Below are positions 18,861-27,414 of a stretch of 32,000 nucleotides of DNA, piece by piece. Positions within the stretch are counted from its first letter, which is position 1. Each line of letters starts with the position of its first letter. Under the pieces are notes generated by a model. That model ran no database searches. It was not told where the DNA came from and saw nothing but the letters and a program-made list of their open reading frames with translations. The DNA lies in assembly GCF_000185985.2 (NCBI RefSeq), contig NC_014909.2, positions 90,001 through 122,000 of the forward strand, written 5' to 3'. Origin of the DNA: Candidatus Saccharimonadota bacterium (lineage in GTDB: Bacteria; Pseudomonadota; Gammaproteobacteria; Enterobacterales; Enterobacteriaceae). The translations under genes and the position numbers were made by a program.

Positions 18861-19343
18861 ATGAAGAAATTCCCTATGACTTTACGTGGAGTGGAACAAT
18901 TAAGAGAAAAATTAGATTATTTAAAAAACGTGTTGCGTCCGATAATTACAAAGAGTATTTCTGAAGCTCGAAGGCATGGAGATTTAAAAGAAAACGCTGA
19001 ATATCACGCTGCTCGAGAACAACAAGGTTTTTGTGAAGGACGTATTCGGGAAATAGAATATAAGTTATCAAATGTGTATATCGTTGATGTCACTAAAGTA
19101 ATTTCTGATAAGAAGGTTGTGTTTGGCGTGACGGTTTGTATTGAAAATGTGATAACTCAATGTAAAAAAATATATCGTATTGTTGGTGATGATGAATCTA
19201 ATTTAAAAAAGAATATGATTTCTATTAGTTCTCCTATAGCTCAAGGTTTAATTGGACATAAAGAGGGAGATATTGTGCTCATTAGTACTCCGAATGGGAA
19301 AATAGAATATAGAATTGTTAAAATTGAGTATTTAGAAGAATAA
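18861..19343 (+). CDS. greA: Transcript cleavage factor GreA
   Basis: [24 protein letters not shown] is identical to E. coli GreA; [21 protein letters not shown] and KIEYL are conserved. ATG 18861 ([10 protein letters not shown]) best matches the E. coli length (MQAIPMTLRG). In-frame ATG 18855 and GTG 18849 are alternative starts. Confidence 0.94.
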   Translation: MKKFPMTLRGVEQLREKLDYLKNVLRPIITKSISEARRHGDLKENAEYHAAREQQGFCEGRIREIEYKLSNVYIVDVTKVISDKKVVFGVTVCIENVITQCKKIYRIVGDDESNLKKNMISISSPIAQGLIGHKEGDIVLISTPNGKIEYRIVKIEYLEE

Positions 19344-19663
19344 TAGGGGTATTTATATGAGCATAAGTACAGATAGTGTAATTATGATAAAACGCAAATA
19401 TATGATGCATATATAATATATATTATTATAGGAATATAGTTATGATGTAGTGATATTTAGAAGATAGTATAGAAGATTCTATACATATAGGGTCATTTTA
19501 TATATCTAAAATATAGAAAAAGGTTTATATTAATGGCTAATATTTGTTTTATGGTGTTTTTAGTAATTATAATTTAATCAGTTGAAGTTATAAAATTTAT
19601 TCTCGGTAGATTTAGATTATTCTATAAAGTGAATAACAGATAATTTTGATATATAACAATTAC

Positions 19664-20317
19664 ATGTTAAATAAAAAATGTTTTACACGTACGTTTAAAT
19701 GGTCTAAAAAGTATTATATAGATAAATACTCAAATGAAGCGAAAGTTCGAAAATTGAGGTCGCGCTCTTGGTTTAAATTACAATTTATTGATCAGATTGA
19801 TGTATTATTTAAAAAAGGCACAACAGTGATAGATTTAGGATCAGCTCCTGGAGGTTGGTCTATTTATGCTGCAAATAAAATAAATAATACAGGGTATATT
19901 ATGGCATGTGATATATTGCCTATGAAGACTATTTATGGGGTTGATTTTGTTCAAGGTAATTGCGCAGATCTTAAAGTTATTAATAAAATATGTTGTTGGG
20001 CAAAAGATAAAAAAGTGCAAGTTATTTTATCGGATATGTCTCCTAAAACAACAGGAATATCGGTAATTGACGTCTATAATTCTATACATCTTGGAAATAT
20101 AGCATTAAATATATGCAAGTATGTTTTAGTGTTTGAGGGATCATTTGTAGTAAAAATTTTTCAAGGAAAAGGTTTTGAACAATATTTACATAATGTAAAA
20201 TCTTTATTTTTTGATGTAAAGATTCGTAAACCGAGTTCTTCGAGATGTAATTCTCGTGAAGTTTATATCGTAGCAAAAAAGTTTAAATATAAATATGACA
20301 TGATTAATATATTATGA
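19664..20317 (+). CDS. rlmE: 23S rRNA U2552 2'-O-ribose methyltransferase RlmE (FtsJ/RrmJ)
   Basis: The ORF-track TTG 19646 is trimmed to ATG 19664. LRSRSWFKLQFIDQ, VIDLGSAPGGWS, IMACDILPM, VDFVQG, VILSDMSP, GSFVVKIFQG and SREVYIVA match E. coli RlmE, including the K-D-K-E catalytic residue contexts. Confidence 0.93.
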   Translation: MLNKKCFTRTFKWSKKYYIDKYSNEAKVRKLRSRSWFKLQFIDQIDVLFKKGTTVIDLGSAPGGWSIYAANKINNTGYIMACDILPMKTIYGVDFVQGNCADLKVINKICCWAKDKKVQVILSDMSPKTTGISVIDVYNSIHLGNIALNICKYVLVFEGSFVVKIFQGKGFEQYLHNVKSLFFDVKIRKPSSSRCNSREVYIVAKKFKYKYDMINIL

Positions 20318-20377
20318 TTTTATTTTATATTGGTAGGATTTACTAAAATTGGTTAAAACGAGAGAGAGGTTATTCTG

Positions 20378-22315
20378 TTGAGTGATATGGTAAAAAACCT
20401 AATTCTTTGGTTAGCTATTGCGGTAGTGTTGATTTCTTTATTTCAAAATTTTGGGGATAATAACTCAAGTAATCGTAAGGTGGATTATTCTACTTTTATG
20501 TATGAGTTAAATCAAGATCAAATTAAAGAAACACGTATTAATGGTAGAGAGATTATTGTTATAAAAAAAGATAGTAGTCGTTATATTACTTATATTCCAG
20601 TAAATGATCCAAAATTACTTGATTTTCTTTTAGAAAAAAAAGTGAAAGTAGTGGGAGAGCCACCAGAAGAACCGAGTTTGATTGCATCTATATTAATTTC
20701 TTGGTTTCCTATGTTGTTGTTAATAGGAGTTTGGATTTTTTTTATGCGTCAAATGCAAGGAGGTGGTAAAGGAGCAATGTCTTTTGGAAAAAGTAAAGCG
20801 AGGATGCTGAATGAAAACCAGATTAAAACGACTTTTGCGGACGTTGCAGGATGCGATGAAGCAAAGGAAGAAGTAAAAGAGTTAGTAGATTATTTGCGTG
20901 AACCAAATAAGTTTAAGAAATTGGGTGGAAAGATACCTAAAGGTATTTTGATGGTGGGCCCTCCAGGAACTGGTAAAACTTTATTAGCTAAAGCGATAGC
21001 TGGAGAATCTAAAGTTCCTTTTTTTACTATTTCAGGGTCTGATTTTGTAGAGATGTTTGTAGGAGTAGGTGCCTCTAGAGTACGAGATATGTTTGAACAA
21101 GCAAAAAAATCAGCTCCTTGTATTATTTTCATTGATGAGATCGATGCAGTTGGAAGACAAAGAGGAGCAGGATTAGGAGGAGGTCATGATGAGCGAGAAC
21201 AAACTTTAAATCAAATGTTGGTAGAAATGGATGGATTTGAGGGAAATGAAGGAATTATTGTAATAGCTGCTACTAATAGACCAGATGTATTAGATCCAGC
21301 CTTATTAAGGCCTGGAAGATTTGATCGTCAAGTTATAGTAGGATTACCAGATATTAGAGGTCGAGAACAGATATTAAAAGTACACATAAAAGTAGTACCA
21401 TTATCTCCAGATGTTAATATATCAGTTATAGCGAGAGGTACTCCTGGATTTTCAGGAGCAGATTTAGCTAATCTTGTAAATGAAGCTGCTTTATTTGCCG
21501 CTAGGGAGACGAAAAATTCAGTATCTATGGCGGAATTTGAAAAAGCTAAAGATAAAATCATGATGGGAGCAGAACGACGTTCTATGGTTATGACAGAAAT
21601 TCAAAAAGAATCTACAGCATATCATGAAGCTGGTCATGCTATTATTGGTAGATTAGTTCCGGAACATGATCCTGTTCATAAAGTCACTATTATTCCTCGT
21701 GGCCGAGCTTTAGGAGTAACATTTTTTTTGCCAGAAGTGGACGCTCTGAGCATGAGTAAGCAAAAACTAGAAAGTCAGATTTCTACGTTGTATGGAGGAA
21801 GATTAGCTGAAGAGATAATTTATGGTGTAAATAGAGTATCTACTGGATCTTCTAATGATATTAAAGTCGCTACATCTATTGCTCGAAATATGGTAACTCA
21901 GTGGGGATTTTCAGAAAAATTAGGTCCATTATTATATGCAGAAGAAGAAGAAGAAATATTTCTTGGTAGATCAGTAGCTAAGGCAAAAAATGTGTCTGAT
22001 GAAACTGCTCGTATTATTGATCAAGAAATAAAATTGTTAATTGAAAAAAATTATTTAAGAGCTCGAACATTGTTAATAGAAAATATCGATATTCTTCATG
22101 CGATGAAAGATGCATTAATTAAATATGAGACCATTAATGCTTCTCAAATAGATGATTTAATGGGTCGTAAAATAACACAAGATCTGTTACATGATGCTGA
22201 CAATATAAAAAAAATAAAAAATGATAAGGTAGATAATATATATCCTGATACTCCAGAAGAATCAAAATCTATAAGTAAAAAATCTTATAATAATAATCCA
22301 AATGTAGTATCGTAA
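20378..22315 (+). CDS. ftsH: ATP-dependent zinc metalloprotease FtsH
   Basis: Very high identity to E. coli FtsH along the whole length. Walker [18 protein letters not shown], Walker [10 protein letters not shown], the second region of homology, and zinc site HEAGHAIIG are present. The start is either TTG 20378 (GAGAGG upstream; LSDM is also encoded upstream of the E. coli ATG) or ATG 20387 (MVKNLILW versus MAKNLILW). Confidence 0.97.
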   Translation: MSDMVKNLILWLAIAVVLISLFQNFGDNNSSNRKVDYSTFMYELNQDQIKETRINGREIIVIKKDSSRYITYIPVNDPKLLDFLLEKKVKVVGEPPEEPSLIASILISWFPMLLLIGVWIFFMRQMQGGGKGAMSFGKSKARMLNENQIKTTFADVAGCDEAKEEVKELVDYLREPNKFKKLGGKIPKGILMVGPPGTGKTLLAKAIAGESKVPFFTISGSDFVEMFVGVGASRVRDMFEQAKKSAPCIIFIDEIDAVGRQRGAGLGGGHDEREQTLNQMLVEMDGFEGNEGIIVIAATNRPDVLDPALLRPGRFDRQVIVGLPDIRGREQILKVHIKVVPLSPDVNISVIARGTPGFSGADLANLVNEAALFAARETKNSVSMAEFEKAKDKIMMGAERRSMVMTEIQKESTAYHEAGHAIIGRLVPEHDPVHKVTIIPRGRALGVTFFLPEVDALSMSKQKLESQISTLYGGRLAEEIIYGVNRVSTGSSNDIKVATSIARNMVTQWGFSEKLGPLLYAEEEEEIFLGRSVAKAKNVSDETARIIDQEIKLLIEKNYLRARTLLIENIDILHAMKDALIKYETINASQIDDLMGRKITQDLLHDADNIKKIKNDKVDNIYPDTPEESKSISKKSYNNNPNVVS

Positions 22316-22443
22316 TAGTAGAATAGGGCGTATTTATAGTAAATAAATATTTTTTGTTATTTATTTATCTATATTTAAAATTGTTATATATACATATTAT
22401 GTTATTGAGTATATTATTAACAATAATTTTTTTAAAATATTTT

Positions 22444-23280
22444 ATGAAATTAGTTGCAAATGAGCGAGTATTAGATCTTTCGTATACTCAAATTATGGGT
22501 ATTCTAAATGTTACTCCTGATTCTTTTTTTGACGGAGGATTGTATAATACTGTGCCCAAATCAATTGATCATGTAGATAAAATGATTTCTAATGGAGCTA
22601 CTTTAATTGATATTGGAGGAGAGTCTACTAGACCAGGATCTAAGAGAATTAGTGATGAAGAAGAATTGGAACGTGTATTACCGGTGATACAAGCTATTGT
22701 AAATCGTTTTGATATTTTTATTTCGGTGAACACTTCATCTGCATTAGTAATTAAAGAAAGCGCTCAATTGGGAGTACATTTAATTAATGATGTTCGATCT
22801 TTAGCCGATGTTGAAGCAATGAAAGCTGCAAAGTATTCTAATCTTCCAATATGTTTAATGCATATGCAAGGTAGTCCAGATACTATGCAAAAACTTCCTA
22901 GTTATCATAATGTTGTTCATGAGGTATTCGATTATTTTAAGGATCAAATTACACGGTGTCAATTAGCGGGTATCAATAAAACTCGTTTATTACTTGATCC
23001 TGGTTTTGGGTTTGGAAAGAGTTTTCAACATAATTATCAATTATTATCTAATTTGAAATATTTTCATCATTTTAATTTACCTTTATTGATAGGGATATCT
23101 AGAAAATCTATGTTACATTGTAATAATAATACTTATTGCGTAAAAAACAGATTGGCAGGGAGTATAGCGTGTGCTGTAATTGCATCAATTCAGAAAGTTC
23201 AAATTATTCGGGTTCATGATGTTAAAGAGACAATGGAAGCATTACGGATAGTTAAAATTGTGCAAGAAGAAAGATTGTAG
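22444..23280 (+). CDS. folP: Dihydropteroate synthase
   Basis: The ORF-track start 22354 adds 30 low-complexity residues. ATG 22444 gives [32 protein letters not shown] versus E. coli [62 protein letters not shown] and [10 protein letters not shown] are conserved. Confidence 0.94.
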   Translation: MKLVANERVLDLSYTQIMGILNVTPDSFFDGGLYNTVPKSIDHVDKMISNGATLIDIGGESTRPGSKRISDEEELERVLPVIQAIVNRFDIFISVNTSSALVIKESAQLGVHLINDVRSLADVEAMKAAKYSNLPICLMHMQGSPDTMQKLPSYHNVVHEVFDYFKDQITRCQLAGINKTRLLLDPGFGFGKSFQHNYQLLSNLKYFHHFNLPLLIGISRKSMLHCNNNTYCVKNRLAGSIACAVIASIQKVQIIRVHDVKETMEALRIVKIVQEERL

Positions 23281-23299
23281 TAGAAATAGGAGTTTATAT

Positions 23300-24661
23300 A
23301 TGAATCAACTGAAGTATTTTGGAACTGATGGAATTAGAGGAAGAGTTGGGTTTTCTCCAATTACTCCAGATTTTATGCTTAAATTAGGATGGGCAGTTGG
23401 AAAAGTTTTAGGTTATCGTAGTACAAAGCGATCTAAACAAGTGATTATAGGAAAAGATACTCGTATCTCTGGATATATGTTGGAATCAGCGTTAGAATCA
23501 GGATTAGCAGCAGCTGGTTTATCTGCTTCATTAACTGGGCCGATGCCTACTCCAGCTATCGCATATTTAACTCGAACTTTTAGAGCTGAGGTTGGTATTG
23601 TGATTTCTGCCTCGCATAATCCATTTTATGATAATGGGATTAAATTTTTTTCTATAAAAGGTACGAAATTAGACGATTATGTAGAGCGTTCTATTGAAAT
23701 AGAATTAAAAAAATGTTTAACGTGTGCTGAACCTCAATTATTAGGAAAAGCGAGCCGTATTGCAGATGCTGTAGGACGTTATATTGAATTTTGTAAAAGT
23801 ACATTTCCTACTTTTTTGAGTTTGAAAAAATTGAAGATTGTTGTAGATTGTGCTAATGGAGCTACTTATCACATTGCTCCGAATGTGTTTAGAGAATTAG
23901 GAGCAGATGTGATACCTATTTTTTGTCAGCCTAATGGAATAAATATTAATAAAAAATGTGGAACTATGGATATCAGTCAGTTAAAAACTAAAGTTTTATC
24001 AAAAAAAGCAGATTTAGGGATTGCTTATGATGGAGATGGAGATAGAGTAATAATGGTAGATCATATTGGAAATACAGTTAATGGAGATCAAATGTTATAT
24101 ATATTAGCTAGGGAATATTTATATAGCAAAAAATTGGATGGAGGGATAGTAGGCACTCTTATGAGTAATATGGGATTGGTGATAGCATTAAAACAATTAA
24201 ATATTCCTTTTGTGCGTGCCAATATTGGGGATCGTAGTGTATTATCTATGTTAAAAAAAAAAGGATGGTATATTGGTGGAGAGAATTCAGGACATATTAT
24301 TTTATTAAATAAAACTACTACTGGGGATGGAATTATTGTTGCGTTACAAATATTATCTACGATGATAATGAATCGTGTTAGTTTATATGAGTTATGCCGT
24401 AATATACATTTGTTACCTCAGATTTTAATTAACGTATATTGTTTTGGTCTATCTAATCTCTTAAAATCTCATTTAGTTAAAAAGGAAGTTCAGGTAGTAA
24501 AGAAGGAATTATTAGATCAAGGTAGGATATTATTACGTCAATCTGGAACTGAGCCATATATTAGAATTATGGTGGAAGGCAATCGGTATAGTAAAATTTT
24601 GTGTTTAGCTAAAAGAATTGCTTCGGTTATTAAAGAAGAAATAAATAAAGTAAAAAATTAA
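23300..24661 (+). CDS. glmM: Phosphoglucosamine mutase
   Basis: The ORF-track start 23258 is trimmed to ATG 23300 (AGGAG at 23288-23292). [13 protein letters not shown], the active-site Ser loop [40 protein letters not shown] and [15 protein letters not shown] match E. coli GlmM. Confidence 0.95.
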   Translation: MNQLKYFGTDGIRGRVGFSPITPDFMLKLGWAVGKVLGYRSTKRSKQVIIGKDTRISGYMLESALESGLAAAGLSASLTGPMPTPAIAYLTRTFRAEVGIVISASHNPFYDNGIKFFSIKGTKLDDYVERSIEIELKKCLTCAEPQLLGKASRIADAVGRYIEFCKSTFPTFLSLKKLKIVVDCANGATYHIAPNVFRELGADVIPIFCQPNGININKKCGTMDISQLKTKVLSKKADLGIAYDGDGDRVIMVDHIGNTVNGDQMLYILAREYLYSKKLDGGIVGTLMSNMGLVIALKQLNIPFVRANIGDRSVLSMLKKKGWYIGGENSGHIILLNKTTTGDGIIVALQILSTMIMNRVSLYELCRNIHLLPQILINVYCFGLSNLLKSHLVKKEVQVVKKELLDQGRILLRQSGTEPYIRIMVEGNRYSKILCLAKRIASVIKEEINKVKN

Positions 24662-24730
24662 TGGTATAAAATTCATTTTTGTTTAAATATAATAAAATTT
24701 TGTTCAGTATGTATAGGAATGGTACAAATT

Positions 24731-25027
24731 ATGTATCAGTTTTTTTTAGTTACATTTGTTATAATAGCTATAATTTTGATTATTTTAATTATGTTGCAAC
24801 AAAATAATGGCAATAGTATGGGAGGAGGATTTGATTATCGTTCTTTGGGGGATATGTTAAATTCTGGATCTTTTAATGATAATATAACTCGTGTGATTGT
24901 TATTTTAGCCATATTATTTTTTGTTTTTAGTTTAGTGTTAGGTAATATGAATAGTAAATGTAATGATCATGTGTATTTTCAGAATGATAGCAACAAACAT
25001 AAAGATGAAAATGATATACATAAATAA
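24731..25027 (+). CDS. secG: Preprotein translocase subunit SecG
   Basis: From ATG 24731, MYQFFLVTFVIIAIILIILIMLQQ parallels E. coli MYEALLVVFLIVAIGLVGLIMLQQ, and the second TM FFVFSLVLGNMNS parallels FFIISLVLGNINS. In-frame ATG 24719 is an alternative start. Confidence 0.9.
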   Translation: MYQFFLVTFVIIAIILIILIMLQQNNGNSMGGGFDYRSLGDMLNSGSFNDNITRVIVILAILFFVFSLVLGNMNSKCNDHVYFQNDSNKHKDENDIHK

Positions 25028-25192
25028 ATATATATAGATTATCAAGAAGAAATGATAGTGCAATAGTTGTTTTCTAATTGGGCAGGACTATGAGCTGTGT
25101 TTATTATGGAAAAAATTATAGTGTACGTATCAGATTCAATATACAAAATAGTATATTGTGTATTAAGTATATTACATTATTTTTATTTGAAC

Positions 25193-25281
25193 GCCGAGGT
25201 GGTGAAATATAGGTATACACGCTATCTTGAGGAGGTAGTTTCTTATATTAAGAATTGCGGGTTCGAGTCCCGTCCTTGGCA
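25193..25281 (+). tRNA. leuU: tRNA-Leu (anticodon GAG), class II with long variable arm; 3' CCA not encoded
   Basis: Folded by hand. Acceptor GCCGAGG/CCTTGGC with one G-T pair. Anticodon stem CTATC/GGTAG with loop TTGAGGA, giving anticodon GAG. Variable arm TTCTTA-tat-TAAGAA. T arm GCGGG-TTCGAGT-CCCGT. Discriminator A at 25281, followed by TTC rather than CCA. It sits where leuU sits after secG in E. coli. Confidence 0.93.
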
Positions 25282-25306
25282 TTCAAATAAAAATATAAAT
25301 TAGTAG

Positions 25307-25335
25307 TTGATTTTTTTTGATTTTTAAAATACAAT
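25307..25335 (+). promoter_or_regulatory. Candidate sigma-70 promoter for tRNA-fMet (TTGATT-N17-TACAAT)
   Basis: TTGATT at 25307-25312, a 17-nt spacer, and TACAAT at 25330-25335. The predicted transcription start is about 7 nt downstream, just upstream of the mature tRNA 5' end at 25349. Confidence 0.4.
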
Positions 25336-25348
25336 GAGAACGTTTAAT

Positions 25349-25425
<77 letters not shown>

Positions 25426-25845
25426 CGTTATTGTATAATAGTGATAGTAGTAAATGAAATTCAGATTTATGAAGTTTTATAATGTGATTTATTTTCCTTG
25501 ATTAAATACAAAAAGTATCAAACTATAAAAGATATTATTGATTGCAGCTGTGTAACTTCAATGCACATTAGTCTTTCCTATTTGAAGGAGGTAGAAGCTG
25601 TTTTTTCTTATTTTTTCTAATACAATATTTATTTAAATATTCGAATAGTATTAAAGGAACTTATGTTTAATGATGTTTTAGAAACATATATGTACCTATG
25701 TAAAGTTAATTAAAATTTTTGCATGTATTGTAACTTTGTATATTTAGATATTATACTATTATTGTCAATGTAAATACAAAAAGGAAAAAAGTTAAAAAAT
25801 TATTCTAATAATGTTGTTAGCAACTGAGTAATTGAGATCACTAGG

Positions 25846-27369
25846 ATGAATAAAGAAATTTTATTTGTGGTAGAGGCTGTTTCTAATGAAAAATCGGTGC
25901 CTAAAGAAAAAATTTTTTTGGCATTAGAATCAGCTTTAATCACTGCGACTAAAAAACAATACCAACAAGATATTGATATAAGAGTGACAATTGATCGAAA
26001 GTCGGGAAAAATATGTACTTTTCGTAGGTGGATTGTAGTAGATCAAGTTGTTCATCCTACTAAAGAAATTACGTTAGAAGCCGCTCGTTTGGAGAATTCA
26101 AAAATTAGTATAAATGATTATATTGAAGATATCGTTGAATCTGTTGGATTTGATCGAATTACAACTCAAACAGCTAAACAAGTAATTATTCAGAAATTAC
26201 GTGAAGCAGAACGTATGATTATTATTGAGCAGTTTTTAAATCGTCAAGGAAGTATTATTACGGGAGTAATAAAAAAAATAAATAGAAATGCTATTCATGT
26301 AGATTTAGGAAATAATGCAGAAGGTATAATTAAAAGAGAAGATATGTTGCCTAGAGAAAATTTTAGATTAGGGGATCGAATACGTGGAATATTATGTTTA
26401 GTAAAACCTGAGTCTAAGGGGCATCAATTATTTATAAGTCGTACTTGTACTGAAATGTTAATTGAATTGTTTCGTATTGAGGTTCCTGAAATCGGAGAAG
26501 AAGTTATTACAGTAAAATCAGCAGCTAGAGATCCTGGATCTCGATCTAAAATTGCTGTCAAAACAAATGATAAGCGTATTGACCCGATAGGAGCGTGTGT
26601 TGGTATGAGAGGTGCACGTGTACAAGCTGTTTCTAGTGAATTGGGAGGAGAACGGATTGATGTTATATTATGGGATGATAATCCTGTTCAATTTGTTATT
26701 AATGCTATGTCTCCTGCGGACGTTGTTTCTATTATTGTAGATGAAGATAAACATTCAATGGATATTTCAGTTGATGAATCAAATTTAGCTCAGGCTATTG
26801 GTAGAAATGGGCAAAATATTCGATTAGTCTCTCAATTAAGTGGATGGGCATTGAATGTAATGACAACTCATGAATTGGAGAAAAAACGACAATCTGAATT
26901 GTATAATACAATAAATATTTTTGTTCATGTATTAAATATAGATGAGAAATCTGCTAGAGTTTTAATTGATTCTGGATTTTCTTCGTTGGAAGAATTGGCA
27001 TATGTACCTATTACAGAATTATTGTCAATAGGGGGGGTATTTGATATAAAAACAGTAGAACTCTTAAGATCTAAGGCAAAACAAGCTTTAACAAATTTCA
27101 CTGAATCTGGTGGTAGCATCGGGTCTATGCATAAAAGTAATCAAGATAATTGTGATAGTGTTAATGCAGTATCGGAATTATTAAAGTTGTCTGGGTTGAA
27201 ATATGAAATAGCGTTAAAATTAGTTGAGCACGGCATTTATACATTACAGGATTTAGCTGAACAAGATATTTTAAGTTTATCTGAAATTAAAGAGCTAACA
27301 ACAAAGGAAATTGGGGATTTAATCATGGAAGCTCGTAATATTTGTTGGTTTAATCGTAACAACAAATAA
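25846..27369 (+). CDS. nusA: Transcription termination/antitermination factor NusA
   Basis: [105 protein letters not shown] and [13 protein letters not shown] match E. coli NusA. C-terminal acidic-repeat-like domains are retained, ending ARNICWF. Confidence 0.96.
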   Translation: MNKEILFVVEAVSNEKSVPKEKIFLALESALITATKKQYQQDIDIRVTIDRKSGKICTFRRWIVVDQVVHPTKEITLEAARLENSKISINDYIEDIVESVGFDRITTQTAKQVIIQKLREAERMIIIEQFLNRQGSIITGVIKKINRNAIHVDLGNNAEGIIKREDMLPRENFRLGDRIRGILCLVKPESKGHQLFISRTCTEMLIELFRIEVPEIGEEVITVKSAARDPGSRSKIAVKTNDKRIDPIGACVGMRGARVQAVSSELGGERIDVILWDDNPVQFVINAMSPADVVSIIVDEDKHSMDISVDESNLAQAIGRNGQNIRLVSQLSGWALNVMTTHELEKKRQSELYNTINIFVHVLNIDEKSARVLIDSGFSSLEELAYVPITELLSIGGVFDIKTVELLRSKAKQALTNFTESGGSIGSMHKSNQDNCDSVNAVSELLKLSGLKYEIALKLVEHGIYTLQDLAEQDILSLSEIKELTTKEIGDLIMEARNICWFNRNNK

Positions 27370-27414
27370 GTGATATAATATATTTTTAATTCAATGTTAA
27401 TATAAAGGGTTATT

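Noticed and set aside
19467-19484. 18-bp near-perfect palindrome GTATAGAAGATTCTATAC in the greA-rlmE spacer, and an all-A/T palindrome at 22341-22366 after ftsH
   Set aside because: Neither is followed by a U-tract on either strand, and stability is very low (mostly A-T pairs). Such palindromes are expected at this base composition.
19533-19577. 14-codon hydrophobic mini-ORF (MANICFMVFLVIII) in the greA-rlmE spacer
   Set aside because: Hydrophobic peptides arise trivially from T-rich DNA, there is no convincing Shine-Dalgarno sequence, and conservation cannot be assessed here.
21941-21955. (GAA)5 trinucleotide repeat in ftsH
   Set aside because: It encodes the Glu run of the conserved [14 protein letters not shown] segment (E. 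coli LLYAEEEGEVFLGR). It is in-frame coding sequence, not a mobile or regulatory repeat.
25097-25303. 68-aa + strand ORF (MFIMEKIIVYVSDS...)
   Set aside because: Its 3' half is simply a translation of the tRNA-Leu(GAG) gene (25193-25281). It has no homology and low-complexity AT-driven composition, so it is spurious.
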